From contig JBDHHQ010000003.1 in NCBI GenBank assembly GCA_039589315.1, positions 96,001 through 160,000 of the forward strand: 64,000 bases of DNA, given 5' to 3'. Shown piece by piece: positions 59,083 through 64,000 of the stretch (the stretch's first letter is position 1; each line of letters opens with the position of its first letter). Below the pieces are notes generated by a model that had not been told where the DNA came from, did no database searches, and saw only the letters and a list, made by a program, of their open reading frames with translations. Both the position numbers and the translations under genes were made by a program. The DNA is from Gemmatimonadota bacterium. GTDB lineage: Bacteria > Gemmatimonadota > Gemmatimonadetes > Longimicrobiales > Gaopeijiaceae.

Positions 59083-59808
59083 CTACGGCGGCGGTGGCGC
59101 GACCTCGATCCGCACGATGTGGTCCAACTCCGGGAAGTCGCGGTCCAGATGGGCGTTCCCTTCGGTCAGCATGCGCTCCTGGTCCCCGCGGCGCATGCCG
59201 CCACCGGCATCCTCGCCGAAGCCGCTGTACAGCCCGTCGACCACGTCCATGCCGGTGGTCACGCGACCGAACGGGGCGAACCCGGTGGCGTCGAGCTGCG
59301 TGTTGTCCACCAGATTGATGTAGATCTGCGTGTGGCGCGTGTCCGGCTCGGTGAAGGCATAGGCCAGCGTGCCCCGCTCGTTGCTCGCGACGACCGGGTC
59401 GTCGACCAGCGTGCGGCCCCGCCAGGCGGCGGTGACCTCAGGGTCGCCGGGGATGCCGAATTGGGCGATGAACCCCTCCACGACGCGGAAGAAGCGGGAG
59501 TCGTCGTAGAAGCCGTGGCGCGCCAGGTTGTAGAACCGGTCCGCCCCGCGGGGCGCCCAGGCCCGCACCACCTGTACCGAGAACTCCCCCTTCGTCGTCT
59601 CGAAGCGTGCCAGGAAGGTGTCCGGCGCCGCGGTTCGCCACGGCGGCGCCTCGGGATCCATGAGGACCGCGCGCAGGTCGGTGGCGGCGTCCGCCGGGGC
59701 CGCGCCTGCGGCCACCTCGCCTGTCTCCGCTTCGTCGGTCCGATCGGCCGGACCACAGGCTGCGTACGCCACCGACAAGCTGACCACCAATAGGAGCTTG
59801 CCGCTCAT
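59083..59808 (-). CDS. Cyclophilin-type peptidyl-prolyl isomerase, lipoprotein
   Basis: Lipobox YAAC; FETTKG, WAPRG.DRF, FFRVV.GFIAQFG, QIYINL.DN..LD..GFAPFG. Confidence 0.92.
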   Translation of the reverse strand: MSGKLLLVVSLSVAYAACGPADRTDEAETGEVAAGAAPADAATDLRAVLMDPEAPPWRTAAPDTFLARFETTKGEFSVQVVRAWAPRGADRFYNLARHGFYDDSRFFRVVEGFIAQFGIPGDPEVTAAWRGRTLVDDPVVASNERGTLAYAFTEPDTRHTQIYINLVDNTQLDATGFAPFGRVTTGMDVVDGLYSGFGEDAGGGMRRGDQERMLTEGNAHLDRDFPELDHIVRIEVAPPPP

Positions 59809-60788
59809 GGACGGCTGGCCCTCCCTCGCGTCTTCAGTCCCGTGAGAGCGCCGTCGACCAGGTTGTAGGCGGCCTTGCGCGACAGTCCCTCCGGATCGCG
59901 TTCGCCCCACGGTGTCGAGGCCAGGCCCAGAGCGGCCACCTTCTCGTACTCGAACATGACCGCGATGGCCCGGGCGAGCTCTTCGCTGGTCGGGCCGTCG
60001 GGGACGGTCAGGGGGTGCCCTGCCACCTCGCGAGGATCCAGCACGTCCATGTCGACGTGGACGTAGATCACGTCTGTCAGATCCGACAGCCGCTCCATCT
60101 GGGCGCGCACCGCCGCACCGGCCCTCCGGATGTCGGCGGTCGACAGCGTCTGGGCCTCCGAGCGGTCAAGGAGATCCTGCTCGAGTGGATCCACGTCCCT
60201 GAGCCCGCCCATCACGATATGCCGGGTGGGCACGGGCGGATCCAGGCCTGACTTCCGCCGCAGGTTCTCCAGCGCAAGGCCCGCGGAGACCGCCACGGGC
60301 ATCCCCCCGAGCATCCCGCTCAACGTCGTCTCCGGCGTGTTGAAGTCGCCGTGCGCATCGATGAACACGAGACCGACCTTCAGGGGCAAGTCGTCGGATC
60401 CGGACTCCTGAAGCCCACCCAACACCCCGATCACCGACGTGCAGTTGGAGAGGAGACCCACCGACACGAAGCCCTCTCGCCGGTTGTCCGCCACGAGCTC
60501 GGCCAGGTGACCGTTGGCGAGACCCATACGGTGCCATTCACCGTAGTCGTCTTCCTCGTCCGGGAGCAGGCGCACCGTCGTCGTCGGCCCCAACTCCACG
60601 CCCCGGTCCTGCAGGCTCGCCTCGAGCCCCCCCGCCTGAAGGTAGTCCGGGCCTCCGGAGAGCTCGGGCACGTTGCGCGCCCCGGAGTACGGCATCTTGA
60701 CCAACGCGACGCGGGGAGCCCGCTCCTGTGCTGCAAGCGGGCCGAGGCCCAGCAGAACCAGCAGGACGCCTGTTCCCAAGGCTTTCAT
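59805..60788 (-). CDS. Arginase/ureohydrolase family protein with signal peptide
   Basis: FIDAHGDFNTPET, YVHVDMDVLD; signal MKALG..LAAQ. Alternative GTG start at 60815. Confidence 0.88.
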   Translation of the reverse strand: MKALGTGVLLVLLGLGPLAAQERAPRVALVKMPYSGARNVPELSGGPDYLQAGGLEASLQDRGVELGPTTTVRLLPDEEDDYGEWHRMGLANGHLAELVADNRREGFVSVGLLSNCTSVIGVLGGLQESGSDDLPLKVGLVFIDAHGDFNTPETTLSGMLGGMPVAVSAGLALENLRRKSGLDPPVPTRHIVMGGLRDVDPLEQDLLDRSEAQTLSTADIRRAGAAVRAQMERLSDLTDVIYVHVDMDVLDPREVAGHPLTVPDGPTSEELARAIAVMFEYEKVAALGLASTPWGERDPEGLSRKAAYNLVDGALTGLKTRGRASRP

Positions 60789-60811
60789 CACGATCCTCCG
60801 TGTCTCCTGAT

Positions 60812-61690
60812 TCACATCGCGGGCCCGGGACGCCCGAGGTGAGGGTGTGTGCTATCCTGCGGCGTGCCGCCCGCCTGCGCCAACCGTCCCAGGAAACGGG
60901 TAACGCACTCGACCCACCGCTCCGGCCGCTCCAGGTGCACCGCGTGGCCCGCGTCGGGGACGGGCTCGTGGACCGCGTTCGGGATCGCCGTGGCCAATTG
61001 CCGGCCGATGTCCGTGAACTTGCGGTCCAGAGCCCCGGTGAGCACGAGGGTCGGCGCGGTGATTCCGCTGAGGCGGTCCCAGAAGGAGGGCTGCGCGCCG
61101 GTGCCGAGACCCCGCAGACAGGCCGCCAAGGCCGTCGGGTCGTTCCCAAGCCGGCGGGAACGCTCGGTCTCGCGGGTCGCCTCGCTCAACGCCAGTTGCG
61201 TCGCGAAGATGGGTTGGGACATCCATGCGTCCACGAAGGCCGGGACCCCGCGCGCCAGGATCAGACGGGCTAGCCGGTCGTCTCGATGGCGTCGGGCTGC
61301 TCGCTCGGCGGGGGTGGCCAACCCCGGCGACGCGCTTTCCAGCACCAACGCTTCCACTCGCTCGGGGCGCAGCACCGCCGCCGCCAGGGCGATGCGACCG
61401 CCCATGGAATAGCCCATCCAGAGCGCGCGTTCGGCCGAAGCACGGTCCAGGATCGCGGTCAGGGCGTCCAGGACCGCCGTCACTCGGTACGCTTCGGGCG
61501 CGGCGGGTCCGTCCGCGGCTCCGTGTCCGGGCAGATCCGGCACCAGCAGGCGCCGATGAGGTGCGACTCCGTGCAGGCAGGCCTCGGGCCAAGCGAGGCC
61601 CGACCCGGTGAACCCGTGGATCAGAAGGGCCGGCGGCCCGGAGCCCAGGGAGCGGACCGGCAGCTCCTCCGCCGCGGTGTCACCGCTCAA
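60812..61690 (-). CDS. menH: MenH (SHCHC synthase)-like alpha/beta hydrolase
   Basis: LIHGFTGS, DLPGHG, GYSMGGR, LESASPG, R...D, G.LDRKF, AGHAVHLE; TTG start overlapping the ankyrin stop. Confidence 0.75.
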   Translation of the reverse strand: MSGDTAAEELPVRSLGSGPPALLIHGFTGSGLAWPEACLHGVAPHRRLLVPDLPGHGAADGPAAPEAYRVTAVLDALTAILDRASAERALWMGYSMGGRIALAAAVLRPERVEALVLESASPGLATPAERAARRHRDDRLARLILARGVPAFVDAWMSQPIFATQLALSEATRETERSRRLGNDPTALAACLRGLGTGAQPSFWDRLSGITAPTLVLTGALDRKFTDIGRQLATAIPNAVHEPVPDAGHAVHLERPERWVECVTRFLGRLAQAGGTPQDSTHPHLGRPGPAM

Positions 61691-62442
61691 CCCCGCTCTC
61701 CACCACGGCGCTCTTCGGCCGCCAGCAGCTCGGCGATCTCGGCGTGGCCGCCTTCCTCTGCCCAACTCCGAGGCGTCGCGCCGAATCTGGGATCCCTCGC
61801 TGTCAGGGCCGCGCCCTGCTCAACCAGCCAGGTGACCATCTCCTCGTGGCCGCCCAGAGCCGCCCAATGCAGTCCCGAGGCACCGAAGAAGCCGGTGGCG
61901 TCGATCTGGGCCCCCTTCTCCGCAAGCAGGCGGGCCACCTGCAGGTGACCGTTCCGAGCCGCCGCGTAGAAGGCGTCCGACACCACATCTCCCCTTCGGT
62001 ACGCCGTGTCGGCCGGCCACTGGTCCGGAGGCGCCACGGTCAGTCGAGCCTGCGCGGAGCCGGGCACCGGCTCCGTGCCCTGAAACGACGCCGCCACGGT
62101 CTCCAGGTCCCCGAGGCTCGCGGCCGTCCACAGGTTCAATCCAGCGGCGCCTCGGTCCAGCAACACGGTGGCTACTCGGCGGCTCCCCATTGTAGCGGCC
62201 CACTGGAACGGGGTGTGGCCCCACTCGCAGCGCGCCTCCAGGGAGGATCCTCGATCCAGCAACGTCCGAGCCGCCTCCGCCGCGTCGACCTCGGCGGCCT
62301 CGTGGAGGAGCGTCTTCTCCGAGGCTCCCCTGGCGTGCACCAGCTCCGGGTCCTCGTCGAGGAGTCCCAACAGGGCCTCCGTGTCCCCCTCCCGGAGTGC
62401 CCGTGCGGCCCGGCTCAGCCGGGTCTCTGCGCCGCGCGTCAC
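61687..62442 (-). CDS. Ankyrin repeat protein
   Basis: TLLHEAA, GHTPFQWAA, AARNGH, SGLHWAALGGH, GATPRSWAEEGGH. Confidence 0.92.
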   Translation of the reverse strand: MTRGAETRLSRAARALREGDTEALLGLLDEDPELVHARGASEKTLLHEAAEVDAAEAARTLLDRGSSLEARCEWGHTPFQWAATMGSRRVATVLLDRGAAGLNLWTAASLGDLETVAASFQGTEPVPGSAQARLTVAPPDQWPADTAYRRGDVVSDAFYAAARNGHLQVARLLAEKGAQIDATGFFGASGLHWAALGGHEEMVTWLVEQGAALTARDPRFGATPRSWAEEGGHAEIAELLAAEERRGGERG

Positions 62443-63293
62443 CGTGAATCGGCCCAGGCGTCGGTGAACGCCTCGATCGACTCGAGCGCGGCGTGCAGGG
62501 CGCGGCCGTCGGCGTCGGCGGCGGGCTCGTACGCGCTCAACGTCAGTGACGTGACCGCGGCTTCGCGTGCGATGCCCGACAGAATGGTCACGAGCTCACC
62601 CAGTCGCAGGCCGTCTGGAGCCGCGAAGTGGTTGGCCCGGCCATCCCGTGGGTCCAGGACGTCCAGATCCAGATGGACGTGCAGCGAACGGACCCGCCGC
62701 CTCATCTCCTCGAGGACGGCGGCCAACCCTTGGCTGACGATGGCGGGCTCGAGCAGTCGCACGGCAGTATTCAGAATGTGGACAGCTTCGGGCGGGTCGA
62801 GATCCCGCACGCCCAGCAGGACGAGGTCCGCGTCGGACAGCGGCGCGAAGCCGGGGACCGAAGCGGCCATCGTCTGCCAACAGCGTCCCCCCAGTACCGA
62901 CAGGGCCATGCCGTCCAGGAAGCCACTCGCGGAGGTCTCCGGTGTGTTGAGGTCCCCGTGGCTGTCGAACCAGAGCAGCCCCACTGGGCGGTCCAGCCCC
63001 GAGACCACGCCCACGGACGCGAAGCAGTTTCCGGAGAGGATCAGGGGCAATCGCCCGTGGGCCCGAGCCTCGCGCACATGGTGAGACAGCGCCCGGGCCA
63101 GCGAGAACGCGGTAGCGGTCTCGGCCTGAATGGGGCCGCCCTCCGCCTCGACAGTCACGATCGTGACCTCGTGTCCCCGCGCCTCGAGACGCCGTGCCAA
63201 CCCTGCCTCCAGGATTCGTTCCGGCCCCGCGCCCATGCGAACGCCGCGTGCGCCCGAATCGTACGGAACGCTGAGGATCTGGACACCGATCAT
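62439..63293 (-). CDS. Arginase/ureohydrolase family protein (cytoplasmic)
   Basis: VPYDSG..GMGAGP, WFDSHGDLNTPET, HVHLDLDVLD. Confidence 0.9.
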   Translation of the reverse strand: MIGVQILSVPYDSGARGVRMGAGPERILEAGLARRLEARGHEVTIVTVEAEGGPIQAETATAFSLARALSHHVREARAHGRLPLILSGNCFASVGVVSGLDRPVGLLWFDSHGDLNTPETSASGFLDGMALSVLGGRCWQTMAASVPGFAPLSDADLVLLGVRDLDPPEAVHILNTAVRLLEPAIVSQGLAAVLEEMRRRVRSLHVHLDLDVLDPRDGRANHFAAPDGLRLGELVTILSGIAREAAVTSLTLSAYEPAADADGRALHAALESIEAFTDAWADSR

Positions 63294-63294
63294 G

Positions 63295-63906
63295 TCAGGC
63301 TCCCTGTCGCTCGCTCCGAAGGCGGGGAATGAACCGGGGCACCGCGGCCTGGTACCGGCGATACTCGTCACCGAACCGGTCCACCAGCTCCCGCTCTTCC
63401 AGAACCACCACCGCGTAGAGCGCCGCCAATGTGAAGGCCGCGGTCAGGTACACGACCAGATAATTGGTCATCAGGGCCGTTCCCACGACGCTCACCGAGA
63501 TCCCCAGATACCGGGGATGTCGCACGCGGCCGTAGATCCCGTCGCGCAAGAGCCGGCCCCGGTCGCCGGCCGACTGCAGCTCGGGCACGCCCGCGAGGAC
63601 CCTGAACTTCAAGTGGTCCTTCGCCAGCTTGTCGATCCAGACCCCGACGGCGAACAGGCCGAGCCCCGGGATCGCCAGTGGCCACGCCAATCCGAGGTCC
63701 ACGGCCATGACGGGATCCCTGAGGTAGAACACGGCACCTGCCATGATCAGCATCGGCGGTATGAGGATCCAGTAGGTGCGGGCGACGCCGACCCGTCGCC
63801 AGAACCCGATCAACGGATGCACCACGATCCAGAACAGCACTGCCGGCGGAAGGAAGGCCGTCATCCACAAGCCCAGGAAGTACCGCACGCCCTCCAGGAT
63901 ACTCAT
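63295..63906 (-). CDS. Isoprenylcysteine carboxyl methyltransferase / PEMT family membrane protein
   Basis: L...GIY..VRHPRY, EERELV.RFG.EY..Y...VPRFIP. Confidence 0.9.
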   Translation of the reverse strand: MSILEGVRYFLGLWMTAFLPPAVLFWIVVHPLIGFWRRVGVARTYWILIPPMLIMAGAVFYLRDPVMAVDLGLAWPLAIPGLGLFAVGVWIDKLAKDHLKFRVLAGVPELQSAGDRGRLLRDGIYGRVRHPRYLGISVSVVGTALMTNYLVVYLTAAFTLAALYAVVVLEERELVDRFGDEYRRYQAAVPRFIPRLRSERQGA

Positions 63907-63925
63907 TGTCCCTGACAACTATATG

Positions 63926-63941
63926 ATGGTACCATGGTACC
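63926..63941. promoter_or_regulatory. Palindromic, tandemly repeated candidate operator
   Basis: ATGGTACC-ATGGTACC tandem; GGTACCATGGTACC is a perfect 14-bp palindrome just upstream of the ICMT gene. Confidence 0.4.
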
Positions 63942-64000
63942 GTGACTCCACGAGAACCCCGACCCGGATTGCCACCCATGTCCCCTGGCCGCAGAAGCCG

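Noticed and set aside
60812..61690. Menaquinone biosynthesis operon
   Set aside because: Only a MenH-like hydrolase is present; no other men genes are in the window.

Overview
A very GC-rich, gene-dense bacterial chromosomal segment with about 55 CDSs. The gene content (many lipoproteins, CarboxypepD-reg/plug proteins, Hanks kinases, GlnRS-YqeY) suggests Gemmatimonadota or a similar diderm; this is inference only. I saw no rRNA, tRNA, CRISPR array, transposase or prophage. Core and one-carbon genes include an lptF/G end, dapF, metH-yitJ, a divergent MTHFR-like gene, rlpA, mak, pepP and glnS. There are many exported peptide/amide-processing enzymes. The most notable signals are: (1) a SAM-II-type pseudoknot riboswitch followed by an intrinsic terminator upstream of metH; (2) a five-gene NpdG-like / GcvT-like / two PYROXD2-like / DmdA-like cluster that looks like an uncharacterised folate-linked demethylation system; (3) a hybrid histidine kinase whose membrane input resembles the VUT/YhhQ transporter family; (4) a circularly permuted, Tat-exported D-amino-acid oxidase; (5) a FadL-like barrel divergent from FAAL-ACP-DUF374(LpxJ-like) genes; (6) a DapF with both catalytic Cys replaced by Ser; (7) two ureohydrolase paralogues lacking canonical histidines in a translationally coupled operon; (8) several gene remnants. 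All family assignments come from motif recognition by eye, not database searches. Start codons were adjusted by eye where the ORF track looked over-extended.
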